Part shown: positions 12,325 to 24,000 of the stretch, one piece after another
Layout of the letters: each line of letters opens with the position of its first letter
How positions within the stretch are numbered: position 1 is the first letter of the stretch
Assembly: GCF_006345805.1 (NCBI RefSeq)
Contig: NC_042998.1
Span: 207,018,001-207,082,000 of the forward strand
DNA: 64,000 nucleotides
Source: Octopus sinensis
Taxonomy: Eukaryota
Direction of reading: 5' to 3'
Made by a program: the position numbers and the translations under genes
The notes under the pieces: model-generated
The model's input: the letters and a program-made list of their open reading frames with translations, nothing else
What the model was told of the DNA's origin: nothing
Databases searched by the model: none

Positions 12325-14329
12325 GTAAGTTTAATTTTTTTTCTTTTTTATATTTTGTATTTTCTGTCTAGCTTGGAGAACAAGATTTGTGCTGTGGTAG
12401 CTTTGGACCTCTGAATGAGATGGAGCAGCAACTCTTCCCCACCACACTTCTGTCTTTTGACAGATGCTAGATTTGTATTTTGACAGGAGTGAATCTCCCC
12501 CCCCCCCTTCTCTCTCTCTCTTGATATGGGAATGGTTTTCTGGTATAGGGAAAAATTTCTGCTTCGTAACATAGTCTACAGCTGTTTGGGTTTTAAATAT
12601 TTTCTGATCTCAAATGGAAACCCAAAATATGATGTCACCTTGCCTAAAGAGATTTTTATATTTTCAGGTTTATAAAGCTTTCTATGGTCCTTACCCTGTG
12701 AAGAAACCTTGTGTGAGTACCTGGGTGCATTGAACAGTTTTACCCTACACTTCTTAGCTCTTGTGTTTCGCAAGGCAATAGTTTATGACAAGCACTTTTG
12801 CACTTGATATCCTTAATTTGCTAAAACAGCTCACATCCTGATGAAATGGTACCATTGGTTCTCTGAGGGAAACAATGGGGAGAAAAACTGTTGAAATTTG
12901 AAACCCTCTTTTTCTTCCATTCAGCTTCAAAGTGGTTTATTTATTTTCTTCTGTTGCTCCATCAATTTGGAAGTTTTACACCTTCCTCTGCTTAATTGCT
13001 GCTGTCTGCATCTACCTGCATTTTAACGTGCCAATGAGGGAGTGTTTATGTGGTCATTCAGATTGGTAGAAATAGCAGCAAAATCTCCCTCAAACCACAC
13101 ATTCATCTTCATCATCATCATTTAATGTTTGTTTTTCCATGCTGGCATGGGTTGAACAGTTCAATGGGAACTGGCAAGGCAAGGAGCTGCATCAGGCCCT
13201 GTTTGTCTGTCTTGGCCGGATGCTCTTTGCATGGTACCAGCTCAAGTGCTTTTTACGTGGCACCAGCATCATCACCAAGTAGCTTGCAAGGCAAAGACTT
13301 CTTAGCTGAAAGAGATAGTGGAACCAAGGAAAGCAGCTGTTAGTCTAGTGAGGGGTTAGAGGTTACCTTAGAAAAAGCACAACCCCTTTGATAATGTAGG
13401 CCAGGGTTTAATGTTTTTAAGAAAAGATGGTCATGGTTTGAATGCCTTTGAACACATCTGCTCAGTCTAAAGAAGGAATTTCAACCATGTTTCGTGGTTT
13501 GCTACCACAACAGCTCCTTTATAGGATCCAGTTAGCTCAAGACATCATCAGGAGGAACCACGTCCGGTTTCGGCCCCTACTCCTTTACCGTTTTGACGTG
13601 GCGGGGTCCCCCCTTTCAGAGGTGTCTTCAGCTTTGGTGTTGGGTGCATGTCTTCTTTCTTCTGTTCCCTGGACTCCTCAATGTATCATCAACGAGTGTC
13701 AGCCGACGACTGACTGACTTGTCGAATTTTTTTCCCTTTAAATACCTGCTTCTAGGCTCCAGCAGGCAGCCCCAGCAAGTTGTCACGTGACAATGTCTCA
13801 ACTTTAACTGACCAATGAAGGCGCATAGTCTTAGCCCACGCATTCTCTAAACGACCGTCACCTGTCAGTCAGTGAAGCTAATTCAGTGTCAGCTTGTCTC
13901 ACCTAGTGATGTTATTTCCCGCCAGCATGTTATGACTTTCAAGCCATTTTTGGTCTTCCCTCTTCAGCCATATATAGAAGCTGGCTTTTTCGACCGCCTC
14001 ATGTACTCTCCTTATTAGTTTTCTCAGCTCCGAGCTAGAAAAAAAACAAATCTTTTGAATAGCGTTGTCATTTTTCTTTAAAATGATCTAAAACAAGGGC
14101 AATATTTTTTGAGATGTGGTGGCATTTAGTCTTGGCACCATTTCATTTAATACGTCAAAGATTCCTAATCTAGGTTTTGGAATCCCCCGTGTATTCTATT
14201 TTTATATTTGAATTAAAATTCTTTACTCAAAGCAGAAACTTTGTAAATGTCAATGGCTTGACCCTTGGCTTCTAATATTAAACAGAAATGAGATATGAAT
14301 TTGTTTACTCTTTTTTTATATCTCATTTA

Positions 14330-14730
14330 CTCTTTTACTTGTTTCAGTCATTTGACTGCAGCCATGCTGGAGCACCGCCTTTTAATCGAGCAAATCGACC
14401 CCGGGACTTATTCTTTTGTAAGCCCAGTACTTATTATATCGGTCTCTTTTGCCGAACCGCTAAGTAACAGGGACATAAATACACCAGCATCGGTTGTCAA
14501 GCAATGCTAGGGGGACAAACACAGACACACAAACACACGCACGCATATATATATATACATATATACAACAGGCTTCTTTCAGTTTCCGTCTACCAAATCC
14601 ACTCACAAGGCTTTGGTCAGTCTGAGGCTATAGTAGAAGACACTTGCCCAAGGTGCCACGCAGTGGGACTGAACCTGGAACCATGTGGTTGGTAAACAAG
14701 CTACTTACCACACAGCCACTCCTGCACCTA
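14330..14730 (-). mobile_element. SINE family 1 copy
   Basis: Full-length reverse-complement match to 55-460. Confidence 0.9.
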
Positions 14731-15400
14731 TTTTTTACTATTTTAAAAAATCTTTTTTATCTTGTTTCAGTCATTAGACTGCGGCTATGCTGGGGCACAC
14801 CCCCTTGAAGGATTTTTAGTCAAATCCACCCCAATATTTACTTTTTTTTTTATTCTTAAGCCCGGCACATTTTCTATTGGTCTCTTTTTGCTAAACTGCT
14901 AAGTTCTGGGGGCATAAGCATATCAACCCCAGTTGTCAAATGGTGATGGGTGACAAACACACACACACACACACACACACACGACTGTCTTTCAGTTTTT
15001 CTCTACCAAATCCATTCACAAGGATTTGGTTGGCCCGAGGCTTTAGTAGAAGACACTTGCTCAATTTTCTATGCAGTGGGACTGAACCTAGAACCATGTG
15101 GTTGGGAAGCAAGCTTCTTACCACACAGCCATGCTTACTTTCCTTGATGTTCTTACTAACTACTCTCTCCTCTACCAAAGTAAACGACCTCCTGCCCATT
15201 TTCCGTGATGGCCAAATAAATCAAGGCAGTTGGAAATGATTTGAGTAAACAAGACAAGGGAGGCAACAAGTAGCCCTCCCTTCACATTTCACAGGAGCCA
15301 AATCTTGCTACGGTCACCTTGAATACATTCACCAAACAGTTATGCACACAAAGAATGAAATAATGAAATCACTGTCATCATCATCATCATCATCATTTAA

Positions 15401-16015
15401 CCCTTTAGTATTTAAACCGGCTATATCCGGCCAAAATATTTAATCTGTTTTACATTGCCAGCACCGCCCCGAATGGCCTCCGTGCTGGTGGCACGTAAAA
15501 GCACCATCCATTCGTGTCCGTTGCCAGCCTCGCCTGGCCCCTGTGCCGGTAGCACGTAGCACCATCCATTCGTGGCAGTTGCCAGCCTTGCCTGGCCCCC
15601 GTGCCGGTGGCACGTAAAAGCACCATCCGTTCGTGACTTTTGCCAGCTCCGTCTGGCACCTGTGCAGGTGGCACGTAAAAAGCACCCACTACACTCACGG
15701 AGTGGTTGGCATTAGGAAGGGCATCCAGCCGTAGAAACACTGCCAGATCAGACTGGGCCTGATGCAGCCTTCTGGCTTCACAGATCCTAGTTGAACCATC
15801 CAACCCATGCTAGCATGGAAAGCGGACGCTAAATGATGATGATGATGATGTTCAAACTGACCAGATCCAGGCTCTCACACCTACCCTACAATGTTATTCT
15901 ACATTAAGTAATTACACCATCAAGATCTTGAGGACATGAGATAATGCATGATTAAATCAAATCAATGGGAATCAATAGGTATTATGTTTGATTGAATAAT
16001 CTGAACACTAAAGGG
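15401..16015. mobile_element. piggyBac-type MITE interrupted by an RTE 3' fragment (~15445-15850)
   Basis: TTAA at 15397-15400 and 16016-16019; TIRs CCCTTTAGT / ACTAAAGGG. Confidence 0.8.
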
Positions 16016-16419
16016 TTAAGCCCCACTTTTCCATGCTTTTGTGGGTCAGATGGAATTCATTGAGGCAAATTTCCTACAGCCGGATGCCCTCCCTGTGCCC
16101 AACTTTTACCTGCTTTTTCCCCCAGATTGGAAATGAATGACACACATTTACACCAGTGGTTCTCAACCCCTTTTTACCTCTGAACCCCTTTGATTACTGT
16201 TGTATTTTGGTGGACCCCTATAACCATTCAATGCTTAAAAATGAGTTTTATAGACACTTCTTTTAACATTCCTGTTTTGCTTTTCACAAATTAACGTGTG
16301 TAGTTTGAACTATGTAAAATGTTAGTGAAAGAAACCTCGCTGTTTCTGCATGTAAAGCAAAATTTGTTCCTTTACCCATGGTGTACTGTTGTCGATCCCC
16401 AATTTGCTATTTTTCTTAT

Positions 16420-17170
16420 GTCATCATCATCATCATCGTCGTTTAATGTCCATTTTCCATGCCGGCATGGGTTGGATGGTTTGACTGAGGTCTGGAGACC
16501 CAGTGGCTGCACCGGCCTCCAATCTATTCTGGCAAGGTTTCTACAGCTGGATGCCCTTCCTAACGCCAACCACTTTGAGAGTGTAGTGGGTGCTTTTACA
16601 TGCCACTGGTACGGGAGCCAGTCAGCAGTCCTGGTGACAATCACGCTTGGATGGGGCTTTTTACATACCACAGGCACAAGTGCCAATCAGGCAGTACTGT
16701 CATTGGCCACATCAGCAATTTTGATTTCACTTGCCTCAAAAGGTCTTCATAAGCAAAGTTTATTGTCCAATGAATGAGGGGTATCCATAATTGGGCTGGT
16801 TATACACCACTGGCATAGGCCACAAGTTATGGTCTCACTTGGCTTGCCGGGTCTTCTTAAGCAAAGCATATTTCCAAAGGTCTCGGTCACTAGTAATTGT
16901 TTCGGTGAGGCCTAATATTCGAAGGTTATGCTTCACCACCTCATCGCAGGTCTTTGTGGGTCTACTTCTTCCACAGGTTCCTTCAGCTGCTTGGGTGTGT
17001 CACTTTTTCAGACAGCTATCCTCATCCATTCGCAACACATGACCATACTAGCGCAGTCATCTCTCTTGCACACCACATCTGATGCCTCTTAAGTCCAACT
17101 TTTCTCCAAAAATCTTATCTGGATCCTAGTTGAGAACTACCGGTTTACAGCATGCTTAACAAGACCCATT
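16420..17170 (-). mobile_element. 5'-truncated RTE-clade LINE: decayed ORF C-terminus, 3' UTR and (GAT)n tail
   Basis: Hand translation of ~17130-16835(-): EKLDLRGIRCGVQER*LR*YGHVLRMDEDSCLKK*...GRSRPTKTCDEVVKHNLRILGLTETITSDRDLWKYALLKKTRQAK*. This is the RTE signature RRLRWYGHV.RM...GRP.K.W; a 3' UTR and (GAT)n tail follow. Confidence 0.85.
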
Positions 17171-18111
17171 GAGCTGAGCAAAATTGCAATTATGGCAGAT
17201 ACCGGTGCCTTGCAAATTGGCACTTGTGCTAGTGGAACGTAAACGCACTCTGGTGTCACATAAATGGCACCTGTGCTGGTGGCACGTGAAAACGCCCATT
17301 ATACTCTTGGAGTGGTTGGTGTTAGGAAGGACATCTAGTCATAGAAAACCATTCCAAATCAGACTGGATTCTGGTGCAGCCTTGCCAGCCCAGTCAAACC
17401 ATCCACCCCATGCCAGCATGGACAATGGATGTTAAATGATGATGCTGCTGATGATGGTATGATGTCAAGATGAAAAAACACAAACATACTCACACTTATG
17501 CACTTAAACAAAGGCTTCTTTCAGTTTCCATTACCATATCCACTCACAAGGCTTTGGTCAGCCCAGGGTTATAGAAGACATCACTTGCCAGAGGTATCAC
17601 CCAGTGGGACCAAACCCAGGACCATGAAGTCGGGAAGCAAACTTCTTAACCACAGCTATGTCTATGCGTTCAGTGTTGTGCTTTGAGGGACATTTAAAGG
17701 CTATTTCTAGCAAAAGTGAATGACTACTTATAGGCTCCTCTCATTCGATTTTTTTTTTCTTTTTTTTTTACATGGAAGGGAGGCATCCCTGTTCTCCTGT
17801 TGGAGATTCCATGAGTTCTCAATTAAAATCTGCCTTTAGAATATCATAGTAAGATTTGAAATGCCTGAGTAATCCTTATGATACCCCACCCTTACCATTG
17901 CTCCTGCTTCTATGAAACAAATCTGTTTTAAATTGATCTAATTAAAACTTTTTCATCAAAATTCATTTTAAGTTAAGTTCCAAATTTTGATAAAATGTTC
18001 ATTATTCTCAAAATTAATTGAAATAAAGGCAGTGTATTTCAACCGAAATTCCGTAGTAAAAGGGTTAAGCAAGAAGGCCTGGCAAGAAATCAAAACCTTA
18101 TTGCCAGGAGT

Positions 18112-18275
18112 GCGCAGGAGTGGCTGTGTGGTTAGTAGCTTGTCTACCAACCGCATGGTTCCGGGTTCAGTCCCACTGCGTGGCACCTTGGGTAAGTGTC
18201 TTCTGCTATAGCCTCGGGCCGACCAAAGCCTTGTGAGTGGATTTGGTAGACGGAAACTGAAAGAAGCCCGTCGTA

Positions 18276-18331
<56 letters not shown>

Positions 18332-18535
18332 TGTGTATATATTTGTGTGTCTGTGTTTGTCCCCTAGCATTGCTTGACAACCAATGCTGGTGTGTCAAAG
18401 ATGCAAAAGAGACCGATAGAAAAAGTACTGGGCTTACAAAAGAATAAGTCCCGGGGTCGAGTTGCTCGACTAAAAAGGCGGTGCTCCAGCATGGCCACAG
18501 TCAAATGACTGAAACAAGTAAAAGAGTAAAGAGTA
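18112..18535 (+). mobile_element. SINE family 1 copy
   Basis: Full-length match with a long (TA)n linker. Confidence 0.9.
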
Positions 18536-18872
18536 AGTGTTGTACATGTAAACCTAAAGACTGAATCTCCAAGAAGTCGACAGTTATAGTTTCTTATATT
18601 AGTACCAAGTCTTTTGGTTTGTAGAGTTGTTGGTGTGTCATACAGTAACCCCCTCACCATGTTGATTCCTCCATGGTGTTGTTTTGCATGTATAATTGTT
18701 TCGGTCATTTGACTGGCCATGCTGGAGCACCGCCTTTGGTCGAGCAAATCGACTCCAGGACTTATTCTTTGTAAGCCTAGTACTTATTGAATCGGTCTCT
18801 TTTGCTGAACCACTAAGCTATGGGGATGTAAACGCACTGGCATTCGTTGTCAAGCGATGTTGCTGAGAGGAC

Positions 18873-18933
<61 letters not shown>

Positions 18934-20089
18934 GGGGAGTTCATGAAAAAAAAGACGAAGACAGGTAGTGTACAAAACAAACAGATGTATTAGTATAACG
19001 CTCAGGAATAGAAAAAAGTCTTTTACGTTTCGAGCCTACGCTCTTCTACAGAAAGGGACACAGAAAAAAACTAGGAGAGAAACAAGGGGTGAAAAAAATG
19101 TGTGTAGTGGCTAACGATCTATCATGGCGACTGACTCGGCAGAAGGGTCACACAGGAGAGTGAAGAAGTAGGAGAGATAAAGTAAAGATGACCCCCAATA
19201 CGAAGGTGCATGTGTGTATAAGAGAGTATGTATGTGTGTGTGAAAGGGGGCTGGTGGTATGGACGTGTGCGTGTATGTATAGGTGTGAAAATGTGGGGAT
19301 GGGAATTGGGTAGTGCTGGTGTATATACACATACATACACTCACAGGCACACATATACATAAAGGGTTTCTTTCAGTTTCCGTCTACCAAATCCACTCAG
19401 AAGGCTTTGGTTACCGCGAGGTTATAGTAGAAGACACTTGCCCAAGGTGTCATGCAGTGGGACTGAACCAAGGAACCATGTAGTTGGTAAGCAAGCTCCT
19501 TACCACAGAGCCACTCCTGCACCTGTAAGCCAAAAATGATGTTAAAAAATATGGCTGTGTGGTAAGTAGCTTGCTAACCAACCACATGGTTCCAGGTTCA
19601 GTCCCACTGCGTGGCATCTTGGGCAAGTGTCTTCTGCTATAGTCCCGGGCCGACCAATGCCTTGTGAGTGGATTTGGTAGACGGAAACTGAAAGAAGCCT
19701 GTCGTATATCTGTATCTATATATAAGTGTGTGTGTCTGTGTTTGTCCCCCTAGCATTGCTCGACTAAAGGCGGTGCTCCAGCATGGCCGCAGTCAAATGA
19801 CTGAAACAAGTAAAAGAGTACTGTTTCTCCATCACGGATTTTTTCATCCGTCATGGGGTGTTTTGGAACATAACACCTGTGATAGTCGAGGGTTTATTGT
19901 AATTTCATTTAGTCCAAATATGGTACTGGCTGATACTATCGAGCTGCGAGAGACACAGTTTAGTCGTCTCCCCTATCCTCATTGTTTCTGATTGACTCAA
20001 ATGAAGTACTACTCCTCCATTATGATTGACTGAGTAACAGTGAGCAGGGTTTCCATGTCTAAAACCAATTGCTCAAACCATTCCACATA

Positions 20090-20474
20090 GGTGCAGGAGT
20101 GGCTGTGTGGTAAGTAGCTTGCTAACCAACCACATGGTTGCGGGTTCAGTCCCCCTGCGTGGCATCTTGGGCAAGTGTCTTCTGCTATAGCCCCGGGCCG
20201 ACCAATGCCTTGTGAGTGGATTTGGTAGACGGAAACAGAAAGAAGCCTGTCGTATATATGTATATATATATATATATGTGTGTTTGTGTTTGTCCCCCTA
20301 GCATTGCTTGACAACCGATGCTGGTGTGTTTACGTCCCTGTCACTTAGCGGTTCGGCAAAAGAGACCGATAGAATAAGTACTGGGCTTACAAAGAATAAG
20401 TCCCGGGTCGATTTGCTCGACTAAAGGCAGTGCTCCAGCATGGCCGCAGTCAAATGACTGAAACAAGTAAAATA
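20090..20474 (+). mobile_element. SINE family 1 copy (others at ~19551-19820, ~21495-21830, ~4195-4905(-), ~14755-15135(-), ~59510-59860(-))
   Basis: Full-length match to 55-460. Confidence 0.9.
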
Positions 20475-20843
20475 GTAAATAGTGCTCTTTGTTTTATTCC
20501 CTTCTCACCTCCCCCATACGCCCTTGCAACCATCACCCACCCACACTCCCAGTTCTTTGGTCCCCATTCACTTCTAGTCAGCACTGGATTAAGGCATCAC
20601 AGAAATGGTAATTGGTGATTCCTAGTCTTGCAAACCATTTGGCATTGCCATTTGTGCTGGTATCATGTAAAAAGTTACTCAGTCATCATCATCATCATCG
20701 TTTAACGTCTGCCCAAGGTGCTGTGTAGTGGGACTGAACCCCGAACCATGTGCATGGGAAGCCAGCTTCTTGACCACACAGCCACGCCCTTCAGCGAAAT
20801 CTATAAATATAAAAAGAGAGAATTTTTCTTTTGTCTTTTCCAG

Positions 20844-21038
20844 AAATTTATCCATGATCCGTACACGACTACTTTGGGAGGTTTTTCAAAAGTCACGAGT
20901 TTCTTCCGAGATGCTCTCCTACAACCGTCTCACATGAATTCTCGTCCACTTGATGAAATGGCTGTCATGTTTAACGAAGACTTACCTGGCATGGAGATTA
21001 ACCAACAAGACGAACCAGGTTTTGAAGTTATCACAAAG
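20844..21038 (+). CDS. TBC1D15: TBC1D15-like exon (KFIHDPYTTTLGGFSKVT...EPGFEVITK)
   Basis: Acceptor ttttccag ending 20843; donor GTATAT at 21039; 195 nt, phase 0 to 0; strong motif match. Confidence 0.95.
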
Positions 21039-24000
21039 GTATATTGTTTGTCCTTTTTCTTTTTTTAACCTTAGGTTATTATGAGATTTTTGATGTATCT
21101 CTTTTTTTTTCTTTCTTTTCTTCTCGTTAAAAGAACCGTTTAAGACGACCTTTTATTCAATTCTTAATTTTTTTAGTATCCGAAACGATTTATATCGAGT
21201 AAGTTGGTAAGTAGTGTTTTAAGAATTGCTAGTTTTATTTTAGTTCAAATGGTTAGTGTCGGGGGAAGCAAAAGGAGAGGAAGGATGGAATCGGACGGGG
21301 TTTCCTCTTGTAGTTTGTAAATGCTAGTGTTGTTGGTTGTAGGCACTTATTCACTGCCTTTCTCACACCTAGAGCAACAATAACGGGAGTGTCTATAATT
21401 TGGTGGGGAACAAATATCTCAAGGGACTTTGTTCTTAGAGCACAAATTTCTCAGTTTTCTTCTTGACATTTTTATTCTTTCACTGATACACACAGGAGTG
21501 GTTGTGTGGTAAGTAGCTTGCTTACCAACTACATGGTTCTGGTTTCAGTCCCACTGTGTGGCACCTTGGGCCGACCAAAGCTTTCTGAGTGGATTTGGTA
21601 GATGGAAACTGAAAGAGGCTCGTCGTATGTTTATATATGTATGTTTGTGTGTGTGTTTGTCCTCCCAACATCACTAAACAACCGATGCTGGTGCGTTTAC
21701 ATCCCCATAACTTAGTGGTTCGGAAAAAGGGACCAATAGAATAAGTACTAAGCTTACAAAGAATTAGTCCTGGGGTTGATTTGCTTTAGCATGGCCGCAG
21801 TCAAATGCCTGAAACAAGTAAAAGAATAAAACAATACATCAGTGAAAGGCACACACACACACATACAGTGGCATGCACGCACACACACATGCACACAGGG
21901 CTTTGCACAATTTCTGTCTACCAAATTCCACTTACAAGCTATTGGTTAATCCAAGGCTATGCATAGTAGAAGACGCTAACTCAAGATTCTGCACACAGGG
22001 TTTGACCCTGGAACCACGTTGTTTCAAAGCAAACCGCTTAACCACGCAGCCATAAATCACTTAATATCATTCACCATTCTTAAAGTTCCTTCCAGCCAGG
22101 GCTTAAACCCAGTTTCCATAGTGATGGAATGAGATGACTACTGCCTCTGGATAGGGTGCTAGTCTCACACGCCACTTTCTCTTTCAGCCGAACAACTGGT
22201 ACCTTTTCCTCATACTAGGGGTAAAAGTTTACTGCTATCATTCATGCCAAAATGCCCGCAATGGGTACGATTTCAACGTCTATAAGTTAGGGGTGCCAGT
22301 GCCACTGGACTAGCTTCCATGCCAGTGGCACGTAAAATGCACCATCTGAGCGTGGTCGGTGCCAGTGGCACGTAAAAAGCACCATTCAAGCGTGGTTGAT
22401 TCCATGTAAAACGCACCCACTACACTCTCGGAGTGGTTGGTGTTAGGAAGGGCATCCAGCTGTAAAAATTTTACCAGATAAGACTGGAGACCAGTGCAGC
22501 CTTCTGGCTTGCCAGTCCTTAGTCAAACCGTCCAAACCATGCCAGCATGTAAAGCAGACATTAAACGATGATGATGGCATGTTATTCTTCTGCCCTACAT
22601 TTGGCATTTGAAACACATCTTCCAAGTATCGGATGTTACGTCAAAAGATTTTAAATAGTTTGTTTGTATTCCAAAGTCAGTGTTGGTGTTCTCTTGTTGG
22701 TGCCTGTCTTTTCTTTTTTTTGTTGTTGTGTAAATATATTTTTTAACTTCTTGGCTTACATAGAGACCTCTATAATCAGTACGTTTTCACTTAAGACTGG
22801 GGAAAAAAAAAGTGAAAAGGGAATGGTTGAATGTGCACAATTCCAGCCACAATAGAGGCAGGCAGACATGTGGAGATAATTTCAAACTTGTTCCATTTTA
22901 AATGTTTTATGGAAATCACGTGAATGCATGAGAGAAAAAGAAACCCCTTGTTTTCTTTTATGTATCAATATAGTGTTCCTTGTTTTTTTTTTGAAATAGT
23001 GAACAATGTATCCTTTCTTTATTGAATTCCCTTCTTTTCCGCAAGAACGGTAACTGTAGTTTGTTTACAAAGTCGTGTCTGTAGATGCTTGCATTTTTAA
23101 TGATGTCAGAAAGTCGTGTCTGTAGATGCTTGCATTTTTAATGATGTCAGAAAATCTGGTGGCACTGATCCTCAAAGATTCATTCCCCCCCCACCCCTCT
23201 AGTTGTGTTGTGTTCTTCATGCATGGTTCTTCATTTTGTCCATGTTGATTGGTGATTAAATTAATACTTTTTAAATTTATTTATATATACAGAAATAAAG
23301 TTTTTTTATTATTCACAAATGCGTGATAATGCTAATTAATAGCTTGAACAGGATAAATTCTCCATACATTGCAGAAAAATGTGTTACTGGCCAGCCATGA
23401 GACTTGAACTCACATCCCTGTGATTATGCGTCAAGTGCTTTACCATTAAGCTAAACTGCCCAGTAACAAATCCTTCTGTAATTTTAGAACTTATAAATTT
23501 AGCTTCATAAGACGCTAACATCATCATCATCGTTTAACATCCGCTTTCCATGCTATCATGGGTTGGACGTTTTTGACTGAGGGCTGGTGAACCAGACGGC
23601 TGCACCAGGCTCCAATCTTGATCTGGCAGAGTTTCTACAGCCAGATGCCCTTCCTAACGCCAACCACTCCGAGAGTATAGTGGGTGCTTTTATGTGCCAC
23701 TGGCACGGGGGCTAGTCAGGTGGTACTGGCAACGACCTTGCTCGAATCTTTTTACACATGTCACTGGCTTGAATGGTGTCTTTTACTTGCCACAGGCATG
23801 GAAGCCAGTTAGAATAAGTACTGGGCTTACAAAGAATAAGACCCGGGGTCGATTTGCTCAACTAAAGGCGGTGCTCCAGCATGGCCGCAGTCAAATGACT
23901 GAAACAAGAGAAAAGAGAAAAAATATATATATATTTTTTTTTTTTGCAAACAGTTAAAGGTAGACCTTCCTAATATCCTAGGTTTCAGTATTTGGTGAAA

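Noticed and set aside
23069-23150. Perfect 41-bp tandem duplication
   Set aside because: An ordinary slippage duplication in an intron with no further structure.
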